Both the position numbers and the translations under genes were made by a program. A stretch of 64,000 nt of DNA from NCBI GenBank assembly GCA_910579935.1, contig CAJTVQ010000002.1:60405-124404 (forward strand). Reading direction: 5' to 3'. This DNA comes from an uncultured Lachnospiraceae bacterium (lineage in GTDB: Bacteria > Bacillota > Clostridia > Lachnospirales > Lachnospiraceae). Of this stretch, positions 48,676-59,477 are shown piece by piece; positions within the stretch are counted from its first letter, which is position 1; each line of letters begins with the position of its first letter. The notes under the pieces are model-generated. The model made no database searches, was not told the origin of the DNA, and worked only from the letters and a program-made list of their open reading frames with translations.

Positions 48676-50136
48676 ATGAAGAAGAAGTTACTTGGTATGG
48701 TGCTTGCGTCTGCTGTGTTAGCCGGCGCTTTGGCAGGATGCGGCTCAGGAAACTCCGGTTCATCATCAGCCGGTGATGCAGGAAATTCCGCTGCGGACGC
48801 GAATGCTCCTGCAGACGCGAATGCACCTGCGGAAACAGGCGGAGCGGATACGGAAGCTGCTGCGGGAGGTACAGAAGGGGCGGTTCTCAATATCTGGTGC
48901 TGGAATGATGAGTTCCAAAGCCGATTCAATGATTACTATCCGGATGTAGAGTCGGTTTCCGATGACAAATCTACAACAACCCTGACAAACGGTGTGGTAG
49001 TGAAATGGACCATTAATCCAACGACGGATAACAATTACCAGAATAAACTGGACGAAGCATTGATGGCACAGGGCAGCGCGTCAGATGATGATAAAATTGA
49101 TATCTTCTTACTGGAAGCTGACTATGCATTGAAATATGTCGGTGAGGACGTAGATGTTGCGGTGCCGCTTTCCGAACTGGGAATTACGGCAGACGATCTT
49201 GCCGATCAGTATCAGTACACAAAGGATATTGTTTCGGATGCAAACGGCCAGCAGAGGGCAGCTTCCTGGCAGGCAGCTCCCGGACTGTTTGCTTATAGGC
49301 GTTCGATTGCCAAGGAGGTTCTTGGGACGGATGATCCGGATGAAGTTCAGGCAGCGCTTGCTGACTGGAGTAAGTTTAATGAGGTAGCAACGCAGGCAAA
49401 GGATAAAGGCTATTACATGCTTTCCGGTTATCAGGATTCCTTCCGTACATTCTCCAATAATGTAGACAAACCGTGGGTGGAGGGAACTACAGTTACAGTA
49501 GACCCTAACATTGTGGCATGGATTGAGCAGACTAAAGAATTTACTGATAAAGGATATAATCATAAATCCTCGCTTTGGAGTGATACATGGGCACAGGATC
49601 AGGGTGCGGACGGAAAGGTGTTCGGTTTCTTCTATTCTACTTGGGGAATCAATTTCACGTTGGTAGGCAATGCCGGTGAAGCAGGTTTTGGTGACTGGGC
49701 AGTATGTCAGGGTCCCCAGCCTTATTACTGGGGCGGAACGTGGATTGCCGCGGCAAGAGGAACCGATAACCCGGCACTGGTGAAAGATGTCATGATAAAG
49801 CTGACCTGTACAAAGAGCATCATGAAAGCCATGACAGAAAACCGCTCTATTCAGGATTATACCAATACGGTATCCGGTATGCAGGAAATCGCTGCCGATC
49901 CTGACTTCCAGTCGGAATTCTTAGGGGGCCAGAATCATATTGCACTGTTCTCCGAGGTGGCTCCGACCATTGATATGAGCAATGTTTCCGCTTATGACCA
50001 GGGATGCAATGAGCAGATTCAGAATGCTTTCGGCGATTACTTTGACGGAAACATTGATCTGGATACTGCAAAGGGCAACTTTGAAACGGCAATTAAGGAA
50101 CTTTACCCGGAAATCACAGAGGTTGTATGGCCCTGA
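48676..50136 (+). CDS. Oligosaccharide ABC substrate-binding lipoprotein
   Basis: AGGAGG RBS, lipobox LAGC, YYWGGTW. Confidence 0.9.
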   Translation: MKKKLLGMVLASAVLAGALAGCGSGNSGSSSAGDAGNSAADANAPADANAPAETGGADTEAAAGGTEGAVLNIWCWNDEFQSRFNDYYPDVESVSDDKSTTTLTNGVVVKWTINPTTDNNYQNKLDEALMAQGSASDDDKIDIFLLEADYALKYVGEDVDVAVPLSELGITADDLADQYQYTKDIVSDANGQQRAASWQAAPGLFAYRRSIAKEVLGTDDPDEVQAALADWSKFNEVATQAKDKGYYMLSGYQDSFRTFSNNVDKPWVEGTTVTVDPNIVAWIEQTKEFTDKGYNHKSSLWSDTWAQDQGADGKVFGFFYSTWGINFTLVGNAGEAGFGDWAVCQGPQPYYWGGTWIAAARGTDNPALVKDVMIKLTCTKSIMKAMTENRSIQDYTNTVSGMQEIAADPDFQSEFLGGQNHIALFSEVAPTIDMSNVSAYDQGCNEQIQNAFGDYFDGNIDLDTAKGNFETAIKELYPEITEVVWP

Positions 50137-50278
50137 TAATTTGTCCATAAACTTCTGGAACGGATGATTTTGATTCAGAGTTACTGGAAAGGGGGCGGGC
50201 ATTCGCCTGCCTCCTTTAACTTAACGGAAAATGGATTGCGTAAAGAGGCGATCATTGTTTGTGAAAGGATATGATACC

Positions 50279-51250
50279 ATGAAGGAAAAAACTTCCAAGA
50301 AGAAAACAGTAACCTATGAAAAATGGGGTTATGTTTTTATTCTTCCATTTTTTGCATCGTTTTTTATTTTTTCCTTTATTCCGCTGCTGGATACCGTACG
50401 CTATAGTTTTTATGAATATTACCGCTCCGGACTTAAGGAAATCGGTCCGAACTTTACCGGACTTAAGAATTACATAGAACTTCTTGCAACAGACCTGCCG
50501 AAATATGCGGCTAATACCTTTATTCTGTGGGTAATCGGATTTGTCCCGCAGATTGTAATATCGCTGCTGCTGGCTTCATGGTTTGTTGACGCAAGGTTAA
50601 AGATCAGGGCAAAACAGTTTTTTAAAGTAGTTATCTATCTTCCGAACCTGATTATGGCGGCTGCTTTTTCCATGCTGTTCTTTACGCTGTTCTCGGATAC
50701 CGGGCCGGTAAATTCCTTCCTTGTGAATCATGGGATTGCGGCAGAACCCATAAGATTTATGGCCAGCGTGGGAGGAACTAGAGGTCTGATCGGATTGATG
50801 AACTTTCTGATGTGGTTCGGTAATACGACAATCATGCTGATGGCAGCTATTATGGGTGTCAGCCCTTCGCTTTTTGAAGCGGCGGAGATAGACGGATGCA
50901 ATCCCAGGCAGATTTTCTTTAAGATTACACTGCCGTTAATCAGGCCGATTCTGGCATATACGATGATTACGTCTATGATCGGCGGTCTGCAGATGTTTGA
51001 TGTGCCCCAAGTCTTAACAGGCGGTTCGGGAAATCCGGACAGAACATCCATGACTCTGATCATGTATCTGAATAACCATCTGGCAAGTAAGAATTACGGT
51101 ATGGCGGGAGCTTTGTCCGTATACCTGTTCATCGTCAGTGCAATTCTCTGCTTTATTGTATACAGAACGATGAATGTGGATGATCCGGATGGGTCAAAGG
51201 CGGCTGCAAAGAAGCAGAAGAAACTTGCAAAGAAGGAGGCGAGAGGATAA
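50279..51250 (+). CDS. Sugar ABC permease
   Basis: EAAEIDG, multiple TM. Confidence 0.92.
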   Translation: MKEKTSKKKTVTYEKWGYVFILPFFASFFIFSFIPLLDTVRYSFYEYYRSGLKEIGPNFTGLKNYIELLATDLPKYAANTFILWVIGFVPQIVISLLLASWFVDARLKIRAKQFFKVVIYLPNLIMAAAFSMLFFTLFSDTGPVNSFLVNHGIAAEPIRFMASVGGTRGLIGLMNFLMWFGNTTIMLMAAIMGVSPSLFEAAEIDGCNPRQIFFKITLPLIRPILAYTMITSMIGGLQMFDVPQVLTGGSGNPDRTSMTLIMYLNNHLASKNYGMAGALSVYLFIVSAILCFIVYRTMNVDDPDGSKAAAKKQKKLAKKEARG

Positions 51251-52095
51251 TGAGAGAAACGAAACATTCCTATGGGCGTACGATCGCCGCGCATGTCCTG
51301 TTACTATTTTTGTCGTTCCTGTGCCTGTTTTTCTTCTATATACTAATTGTGAATGCATCCAGGACGCATATAGAACTGCAGAAAGGCTTTTCTTTCCTGC
51401 CGGGAACAAATTTTTTTGAAAACTTTAAAAATGTAATGAATGATGCCAATGTTCCGGTTTTTAAGGGGATTCTTAACAGCTTGATCGTATCGGGCGGAAG
51501 TGCGGTGCTCAGTACTTATTTTTCGGCAATGACGGCTTACGGGCTGTATGCTTATGACTTCAGACTAAAGAAACCGGCTTTTATGTTTATTATGATGATT
51601 TTGGTTATGCCGACGCAGGTATGCGCTCTCGGTTTCCTGCGCCTGATTACGGGTATGCATCTGGATGATACATTGCTTCCTCTGATCATACCTTCCATTG
51701 CATCACCGGCAGTTTTTTACTTTATGTACAGCTATATGCAGTCCTCACTGCCGCTATCACTGGTAGAGGCAGCCAGAATTGACGGTTCGGGTGAGTTCCG
51801 TACCTTTAATTCCATCGTGATGCCCATTCTGAAACCGGCGATAGCAGTACAGGCCATTTTCTCATTCGTTGGTTCCTGGAACAATTACTTTGTTCCTGCA
51901 CTGGTGATAACAACGAAGTCAAAGCAGACGCTGCCGATTATGATTGCAAGTCTCAGAAGTGCAGACTTCTTAAAGTTTGATATGGGTAAAGTATATATGA
52001 TGATTCTGATTGCAATTGTGCCGATTATTATTGTATATCTGTTCCTGTCAAAATTCATCATAGAAGGCGTGACGCTTGGCGGTGTAAAAGAATAG
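51250..52095 (+). CDS. Sugar ABC permease
   Basis: EAARIDG; ends GGVKE. Confidence 0.92.
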   Translation: MRETKHSYGRTIAAHVLLLFLSFLCLFFFYILIVNASRTHIELQKGFSFLPGTNFFENFKNVMNDANVPVFKGILNSLIVSGGSAVLSTYFSAMTAYGLYAYDFRLKKPAFMFIMMILVMPTQVCALGFLRLITGMHLDDTLLPLIIPSIASPAVFYFMYSYMQSSLPLSLVEAARIDGSGEFRTFNSIVMPILKPAIAVQAIFSFVGSWNNYFVPALVITTKSKQTLPIMIASLRSADFLKFDMGKVYMMILIAIVPIIIVYLFLSKFIIEGVTLGGVKE

Positions 52096-52266
52096 GGTCA
52101 TGTACTTTGTGCATGGGAATGGACAGAGATACATGAAAAACGGAAATTTCCACGATGGGTTCTTGTACTGCGGGACCGGTTTCTGTATAATATTTTTTGA
52201 CCGGGCTATGTGTCCTGACGGGGTGCAGGAGGGGAACCCGGATTAACAGGAAAGTGGAGATGCGGT

Positions 52267-52995
52267 ATGATATTTGAAAAAACTTACCTCCCGCAATTCA
52301 GGGATGCCGACAGAGACGGATATGTGGGGCTGCGGGGATACATGAATTATTTTCAGGACATGGCAACCCATTACATGCACAATATCCAAAAGGGAAATGA
52401 TACCCTTCCCGAAGAATACGGGATTGTCTGGATGTATACAAAGTATAAGATGCATATAAGCCGTAAGGTCGGCTTTACGGGGGAACTGAATATGGAAACG
52501 TGGATTCCGGCGGAGAAATCCCCTGCCGTCATTCATCAGAACCTGTTTATTTCCCAGAACGGGGAAGTATGTGCGCGGGGATGTGTGGAAAGCTGTCTTT
52601 ATCATCTTGCAAAAAAAAGGCTGGTCCGCCTGAAGGAGATTGGGTTTCCGGACGATATAGCGGAAAACAAAGAATCCGGAATACCGGGGTTTCAGAAACT
52701 GCCGGTGGATTTAGAAGGTATGGAATATGTATATACCCATCAAGTCAGATACACGGATTTGGATAAGACGGGACATATGACAAATTTAAAATATGTGGAT
52801 CTGTTTTTGAATGCTTTTGACAGTCAGTTCATGGAAGCATTTCAGATTGAAGAGTTTGAACTTCATTTTTTGGACCAGTGTTTTGAGGGCGAAGACCTTC
52901 ACGTTTATAAGAAGGACTTAGGTGGGAAAATATTCCTGGCAGCAGTACATGATGATCAGGTTCCCTGCGCTGCTGCGGATATCCGGGGAAAATAG
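52267..52995 (+). CDS. Acyl-ACP thioesterase family protein
   Basis: VRYTDLDKTGHMTNLKY; YFQDMAT. Confidence 0.85.
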   Translation: MIFEKTYLPQFRDADRDGYVGLRGYMNYFQDMATHYMHNIQKGNDTLPEEYGIVWMYTKYKMHISRKVGFTGELNMETWIPAEKSPAVIHQNLFISQNGEVCARGCVESCLYHLAKKRLVRLKEIGFPDDIAENKESGIPGFQKLPVDLEGMEYVYTHQVRYTDLDKTGHMTNLKYVDLFLNAFDSQFMEAFQIEEFELHFLDQCFEGEDLHVYKKDLGGKIFLAAVHDDQVPCAAADIRGK

Positions 52996-53004
52996 AAAAC
53001 GGCC

Positions 53005-53036
53005 AAATAGGCGGGGATTTTATTCCCCGCCTATTT
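53005..53036. terminator. Bidirectional terminator
   Basis: AAATAGGCGGGGA-TTTTAT-TCCCCGCCTATTT between convergent genes. Confidence 0.8.
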
Positions 53037-54405
53037 AGCCGTTGACCGTCTGTTCAATGATGTCCTGCATGATGGCTTTTGTAATCTGTCCGGCCACATA
53101 GCCATAGACGTTGCCGTCTTTATCGATCATAAAAGTGGTAGGGTAGGCGCTGATGCCGTAGAGATAGGCATACAGCCCGCCTTCATCCATTACAACGGGA
53201 TAGTCGTAACCGTTTTCACTTAAGAAATCCGCGATATCTTCTGCCGAACCTTCCTGCCCGTAATCAGGGCCGGCGATACCCAGTATGATCACATCGGAAG
53301 CATTTTCCCCATATTCTTCGTAAATTTCCTGTATTTCCGGCATTTCCGCGCGGCAGGGAGGACACCATGTAGCCCAGAAGTTGAGGAATACGGTCTTTCC
53401 TTTGTAGTCGGACAGTGTGTGGGTATTTCCGTACTGGTCCTGAAGGGTAAAGTCAGGAGCCGGTATATCCGGACGCTCGGAATCATCCGGTTCGGATGCA
53501 GGAGCGCCGGCTGTGTCTGTTTGGCCTGAATCAGAGGGAGCATGATTGACCGTATCGGTTGATTCTGCTGCGTCATGGGTGTCAGATACGGGACTGCCTG
53601 TCTGTTCCTCTGCATCGGAAACGGCGTTTTCACGGTTCGTATCAGAAACAGCGTCTGCGTCATTCCTCAGAATGTCCGTATTGCCCGACAGATAAGCGCT
53701 GATGCCGTTCATCCATCCGGTGAACATCATGATACCGATGAGCAGCATCAGGACGCCGCCAATCTTTACCGTATAGTTTACCACCGACCGGTGCTTCTTA
53801 AAAAACTCTAACAGGCTGCCCGTAAAGATACCGACTCCCATAAAGGGCAGGACGAATCCAAGCGTGTAAACACCGATTAAAGCAAAGCCGGTCAGTGCGG
53901 AAGATGCCGATGCTGCCAGCAGCAGGACACTGGCAAGGGCCGGTCCAACGCAGGGGGTCCAGGCAAAACTGAAAGTAAAACCTAAGACCAAGGCAGTCAA
54001 CGGATTCATGACAAGAGTGTCAGGGTGGAAAGAAATCCGGCGTTCTTTTTGGAACAGGGTGCTGCCGAACAGGCCAAGCTGGTACAGGCCGAACAGAATG
54101 ACGGCAATGCCGCCGATACGGGTAAACAGAGTCTGGTGGTCACGGAAAAAACGTCCGGCTGCAGTGAAGCCAAGTCCCAGCAGGAAAAAGGCAAAACTGA
54201 TGCCCAGCACAAAGAAAAGGGTATTGCGTATGACGCGGCCCCGTTTATAAGAGACGGTTCCGTCTTCGTCCACACTTTTCGCTCCGCCGGACAGATAGCC
54301 GATGTATATGGGTATCAGTGGCAGGACACAGGGAGAGAAGAAACTGAAAAGGCCCTGGATAAATACGGTAATGGCGGAAATACTGGTCTGAAGTGTTAGA
54401 TTCAT
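53035..54405 (-). CDS. CcdA/DsbD-beta membrane domain fused to TlpA-type thioredoxin
   Basis: FFSPCVLP, WTPCVGP, NFWATWCPPC. Confidence 0.92.
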   Translation of the reverse strand: MNLTLQTSISAITVFIQGLFSFFSPCVLPLIPIYIGYLSGGAKSVDEDGTVSYKRGRVIRNTLFFVLGISFAFFLLGLGFTAAGRFFRDHQTLFTRIGGIAVILFGLYQLGLFGSTLFQKERRISFHPDTLVMNPLTALVLGFTFSFAWTPCVGPALASVLLLAASASSALTGFALIGVYTLGFVLPFMGVGIFTGSLLEFFKKHRSVVNYTVKIGGVLMLLIGIMMFTGWMNGISAYLSGNTDILRNDADAVSDTNRENAVSDAEEQTGSPVSDTHDAAESTDTVNHAPSDSGQTDTAGAPASEPDDSERPDIPAPDFTLQDQYGNTHTLSDYKGKTVFLNFWATWCPPCRAEMPEIQEIYEEYGENASDVIILGIAGPDYGQEGSAEDIADFLSENGYDYPVVMDEGGLYAYLYGISAYPTTFMIDKDGNVYGYVAGQITKAIMQDIIEQTVNG

Positions 54406-54486
54406 GGGATGCTCCTTTGCTTTTTATGGATATTGTACGCCAATCGGCGGGGTGTGTAAACCATATGCGGGGGAATTTTGCCAATG

Positions 54487-55326
54487 TCAGGTTTTATTCT
54501 GCTGCATTCTCAGCCTGTGCGGGGTTGTCCCGTAGGTTTCCTTAAACATCCGCATGAACTGTTTATAATTCGTGATCCCGTTTTTTTCCAATAAAAAAGT
54601 AATGCTTTCATCCGTCTGTATCAGGTCCTGATAAAACCGCAGGAGCCGTACCTGTGCAACATAGGTAAAAAAGGTCTGTCCGGTATATTTTTTGAAGAGC
54701 CGGCAGAAATATTCGGGCGTGACGGAAAGCCGTGTTGCGATCACGTGCAGGGAAATCGGTTCCCGATAGTGCCTGCGGACGTACTGCATACTCTGTTCCA
54801 CGCGCAGGAAATCCCGTTCCGTGCGGTTTTTGTTCTGTACGCTTAGAAGAGAGGAGCCTTCGGTATACAGCAGATAGAGAAATTGGTAAAGCCGGGTGAG
54901 GAACAGCAGATGCCAGCCTTTTTCTTTTTGCTGCTCCAGCTCCATAAATGTCTGGAAGATACCGTTCAGCCGGAAGTTCAGGGAGTCCGGAGAGGAATCT
55001 TTGGGAAGATATTCGGAAAAATGGAGCAGTTTCCAATCCATACTGATGCGTTCCAGATGGATGGAAGGAATCTGGAGCAGGTAATAATGGCAGTCCCTGC
55101 GTGCATGGGTATAGTGGATATCCCTGGCATTGACGATCAGGATATCGGATGGCAGAAGTTCATAGGAGGCTTCGTTAATGCAGGCGGTCATTTTGCCTTC
55201 CGTTAAATAAAGTATTTCAAGATGCCGGTGCCAGTGGGCGGGGACAAGAATATCGGAATTTTCCACGGAAGAAAAATACACCTGCGTCAGATTGTCATCA
55301 TGGATGGTTTCATGTTCGTAGTACAT
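54487..55326 (-). CDS. AraC-family regulator with cupin domain
   Basis: HWHRHLE, PEYFCRLFKK. Confidence 0.92.
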   Translation of the reverse strand: MYYEHETIHDDNLTQVYFSSVENSDILVPAHWHRHLEILYLTEGKMTACINEASYELLPSDILIVNARDIHYTHARRDCHYYLLQIPSIHLERISMDWKLLHFSEYLPKDSSPDSLNFRLNGIFQTFMELEQQKEKGWHLLFLTRLYQFLYLLYTEGSSLLSVQNKNRTERDFLRVEQSMQYVRRHYREPISLHVIATRLSVTPEYFCRLFKKYTGQTFFTYVAQVRLLRFYQDLIQTDESITFLLEKNGITNYKQFMRMFKETYGTTPHRLRMQQNKT

Positions 55327-55568
55327 ACGGCGTCTCCTTGAAAAGCGGATGTAAAAGTCAAAATGTTCCTCAAATTTATAGATAATTATATCTAAAATGG
55401 TAAATGATATCAAGATTGACCTATATTTTATGCAATTTACAGGATAGAATAAACGGGGGATGCCGTTTATAATAATGTTATCAGTCAGAGTACAGAGTCA
55501 GGCGTCAGTGCGCACGGAGCAGGCGCTGACGGATCATCAGGCAGAAAGTGCCGGAAAAGAGGGAAACA

Positions 55569-57980
55569 ATGGAAACTAAAAAATGGACCAGAGTCATGTA
55601 TCAGCCGAACCTGCCTCTCAGGGAGGGAGAATACGTCACTGCATCAAAAGAGCATATTGCGCTTTCCAGGGAAGCTGCCAAAGAAGGGATGGTATTGTTG
55701 AAAAACGAGAAAAACCTTCTGCCGCTTCGTGCCGGAAGCAGAATCGCCCTTTTCGGAAAAGGCAGCTTTGATTATGTGAAAGGAGGAGGCGGGAGCGGCG
55801 ACGTGACCGTTTCGTATGTGCGCAATCTTTATGACGGATTAAAACTTCAGGGAGATGCGGTGGCTTTATATGAACCCCTTTCGGATTTTTACCGCAAAGA
55901 GGTAAAGGAACAGTATGAAAAAGGCGCGGCGCCCGGTATGACGACAGAGCCGTTTCTACCGGATGAGCTGGTGGCGGGGGCAAAAGCGTTTGCCGATACT
56001 GCCATTATTACCATCAGCCGTTTTTCGGGAGAAGGATGGGACCGTTCCGGCGTGGAATACAATGAGGAGTACAATCCATGGGAGACCGAAACCAGTATGC
56101 CCCAGATCGCAGGGCGCATTTTTGAAGACGGCGACTTTTATCTGACAAAACAGGAAAAGGAAATGATCCAAAAGGTAAAGGAAAACTTTGCGCAGGCGGC
56201 AGTGGTATTGAATATCGGGGGAATCATGGATACGACATGGTTCAAAGACGATGAAACCCTTTCTTCCGTGCTGGTCGCATGGCAGGGCGGTATGGAAGGA
56301 GGACTTGCGGCTGCGGAAATCCTTTGCGGAAAGGCGTCTCCTTCCGGTAAGCTGCCGGATACGTTTGCAGGACGGCCGGAAGATTATCCGTCCACGGAAA
56401 ATTTCCATGAATCCGTGCATTATGTGGATTACACGGAAGATATTTATGTGGGATACCGCTATTTTGAAACGGTACCGGGAGCGGAGGACAGGGTATGTTA
56501 TCCGTTTGGTTTCGGGCTGTCTTATACGCAGTTTGAAATAGTTCCCAAAAGCGCGGGAATGGAGGACGGTGTGATCCGGATCGCCGTACAGGTGACGAAT
56601 ACCGGAAAGAAGGAAGGGAAGGAAGTCGTACAGGCGTATTACAGCGCACCGCAGGGACTGTTAAAGAAACCGTACAGGGAACTGGCGGCATTTGAGAAGA
56701 CAAGGAGCCTGATGCCCGGCGAGAGCCAGACGGTAGTGCTGGAATTTGCAAGAAAGGATATGGCGTCCTATGATGACCTGGGAAAGATTGCAAAATCGTC
56801 CTATGTGCTGGAAAAGGGGACTTATGAATTTTATGTGGGCAATTCGGTAAGGGATAACTGCAAACTGGATTATTCCCTGACGCTTCCGGAAAACGAAGTA
56901 GCGGAACAGCTGAGCCGGAAAGCGGCGCCGACCAGTCTGAAGAAACGTATGCTTTCGGACGGCAGTTATGAAGAGCTTCCCTTATCACAGGCCAATGACC
57001 CGGATGAGTGTGTGCTTGTGAAAATGGAAGGCGGCACGGAGGAGGCATTGACTCCATTAGTCAGAGGGAGGGAGCGTTATCTGCTGCTGAAACCGTATGC
57101 CGAAGGGGCAAGGCCGTTTATGGAAGTGGCAGAGGGCAAAATGACGCTGGAAGAGTTCACCGTGCAGTTAAGCGATGAAGACTTAGTTCATCTGCTGGGA
57201 GGACAGCCCAATACTTCGGTGGCAAATACGTTTGGCTATGGCAATCTTCCGGAATACGGCGTTCCCAACATTATGACCGCGGACGGGCCGGCGGGTCTCA
57301 GAATCTGTCTGTGCACGACGGCATGGCCCTGCGCCACCATGCTGGCCTCCACATGGAATACGGAGCTGGTGGAACAGGTAGGGAAGGCAGGAGCGGAAGA
57401 AGTAAAGGAAAACAATATCGCGGTATGGCTGACTCCTGCGGTAAATATTCATAGGAATCCGTACTGCGGCCGTAATTTTGAATATTATTCCGAAGATCCT
57501 TATCTGACGGGAAAGATGGGCACCGCAATGGTGAAAGGAATCCAGTCGCAGCATATTGCGGCGGCGGTAAAGCATTTTGCGTGCAACAATAAGGAAACCA
57601 ACAGAAAGCAGAGCGATTCCAGGGTTTCGGAACGCGCGCTCAGGGAAATTTACCTGAAAGGATTTGAAATCATTGTAAAAGAAGCGGACCCGTGGGTGAT
57701 CATGTCAGCCTATAATATGATAAACGGACACCGGGCTTCCGAAAACCATGAGCTTCTGGAAGATATCCTGCGCGGAGAATGGGGATTCCGGGGGATGGTG
57801 ACTTCGGACTGGTGGACGAGAGGGGAACACTATAAGGAGATTAAGGCCGGAAATGACGTGAAGATGGCATGTGGTTTTCCCGAACGTGTGGCGGAAGCGA
57901 TGGAGAAGGGCGCACTCAGCAGGGAGGATTTGGTGAGATGCGCGAAAAGAGTGCTGGGGCTGATTTTGAAGATTGATTGA
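55569..57980 (+). CDS. Beta-glucosidase GH3 (C-domain first arrangement)
   Basis: MVLLKNE, YVGYRYF, ADGPAG, GRNFEYYSEDP, KHF, VTSDW. Confidence 0.93.
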   Translation: METKKWTRVMYQPNLPLREGEYVTASKEHIALSREAAKEGMVLLKNEKNLLPLRAGSRIALFGKGSFDYVKGGGGSGDVTVSYVRNLYDGLKLQGDAVALYEPLSDFYRKEVKEQYEKGAAPGMTTEPFLPDELVAGAKAFADTAIITISRFSGEGWDRSGVEYNEEYNPWETETSMPQIAGRIFEDGDFYLTKQEKEMIQKVKENFAQAAVVLNIGGIMDTTWFKDDETLSSVLVAWQGGMEGGLAAAEILCGKASPSGKLPDTFAGRPEDYPSTENFHESVHYVDYTEDIYVGYRYFETVPGAEDRVCYPFGFGLSYTQFEIVPKSAGMEDGVIRIAVQVTNTGKKEGKEVVQAYYSAPQGLLKKPYRELAAFEKTRSLMPGESQTVVLEFARKDMASYDDLGKIAKSSYVLEKGTYEFYVGNSVRDNCKLDYSLTLPENEVAEQLSRKAAPTSLKKRMLSDGSYEELPLSQANDPDECVLVKMEGGTEEALTPLVRGRERYLLLKPYAEGARPFMEVAEGKMTLEEFTVQLSDEDLVHLLGGQPNTSVANTFGYGNLPEYGVPNIMTADGPAGLRICLCTTAWPCATMLASTWNTELVEQVGKAGAEEVKENNIAVWLTPAVNIHRNPYCGRNFEYYSEDPYLTGKMGTAMVKGIQSQHIAAAVKHFACNNKETNRKQSDSRVSERALREIYLKGFEIIVKEADPWVIMSAYNMINGHRASENHELLEDILRGEWGFRGMVTSDWWTRGEHYKEIKAGNDVKMACGFPERVAEAMEKGALSREDLVRCAKRVLGLILKID

Positions 57981-58001
57981 GATTCTGGCAGCAATGAATT
58001 A

Positions 58002-59130
58002 TTGGAAATTAATATACGTATTGTTGATCCAATACCCGATGATGATTATCAAGTATTTGAAGGAAATTTTTCTTCGGCATCAGATTCACAATCGTATAAA
58101 TTTTCTATCGATTTTACACAGATGGATTCTGCTGCGGTTTGTTTAGTAATAAGAGGGTATGTGGGTTCAACGGTTGAAGTATTTGATGAAAATGGTAATA
58201 CGGTTGTATTACGCGGCACTCAGATGGGGCAGCCAAAAAACTGGCAGTATATAGATAAACCTTCTGCAGATATAACACCTAATCGGATGGTATCCATGAC
58301 CATCAAAAGGTTTCGGATATAAGGTCCGGAACCTTTTCCGGAAAGGAAGGATGTAAAATGAGTGATATAGGAATAAGAGAGATGCTTGCTTACGTGACTG
58401 AAAACAAAAAAACACTGGAAGGATATACAACGGGGACCGGAGGGCTGATAAATCCGGTGATTTATACTTCTGCCACTCATGGGACAGGAAGAGATACATT
58501 TGAAAAAAGCGAAAATGTAAAAGTGTTCCGTTCGGAGACATACTCAAAGTCTTCTTTCATTAAAGGTATGCCAAAAGGGATATTTGGGGATGCCTTTGGA
58601 AAGGAAATGCAGGTTGAATATGCTAAAAAAGGTTGTTTTCATCATTAGTATTATTGCTGTCTTTTTAACCGGATGTGGAAATACTGAAAATCAAGATGAA
58701 ATACCAAGCGAAAAGGAATCGGTAATTCTATCCGACGGTATGGGTTTTAATTCAGATGGAACGGTAACTTTAGCTGACGGATGTTTTGCTTTTGGACTGC
58801 AAAATCCTGAGACGAAGGAAATTCTTAATAAGGGTGAACGGCTTTTGATAAATGAAAGCGGTACGGATGCTGTCATTTCTTTAGAACAGAATGTATCCCA
58901 GCGGGTAGAATATTTACTTATTATTATGGTAGATTACATACAGCAGGATTTTTTTGTTGTATTGCCTAATGAGAATTGGAACACGATAAAATCTTCTTTT
59001 ATGATTTAACAATGCCTGAGGTTGAAGAACCGACCCCCTATCAGGTATTCGTATTTATGAAACCGTTTGACACAGATGTCATGTATTGGAGCAGTTCCTA
59101 TGCATCCTTAAGAACTATTATACAAATTTA
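58002..59130 (+). pseudogene. AT-richer cluster of decayed gene fragments including a broken lipoprotein
   Basis: ORFs lacking clear starts; lipobox LTGC ORF 58620-59009 with protein-like continuation after the stop. Confidence 0.5.
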
Positions 59131-59477
59131 GGGATGGGCTTTTTTCAGGAATCAAGTAGGAAGAGCCGGCATTGTGGATGAGTCAATCATCCCTCCGAAA
59201 CCCGGCATTTGCGTTGAACTATGCATGGCAGAAAAAGAAGCCGGAGAATGTGGACAGGCTGTGCGAGGACTTGTTCGGGGATTGGGAATGGCTGAGTGGA
59301 AGCGGTGAAAGTGCAGAAGGAAAGGAAGGCTTCGTGCTATCTATACGACCGGGCATTAGAGACAGAGGAAAAGTTCTCCTGATCTTCACTTCTGCTGAAT
59401 GCCCGAAATCCTGCTTGACAGCGAATATTTTATGCCTGTACAATAGAAACAACAACAAATGAGGGATAGGAGATTCG

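Noticed and set aside
59172..59462. 96-aa ORF upstream of the second MCP
   Set aside because: No RBS or motif, and it overlaps the likely MCP promoter.
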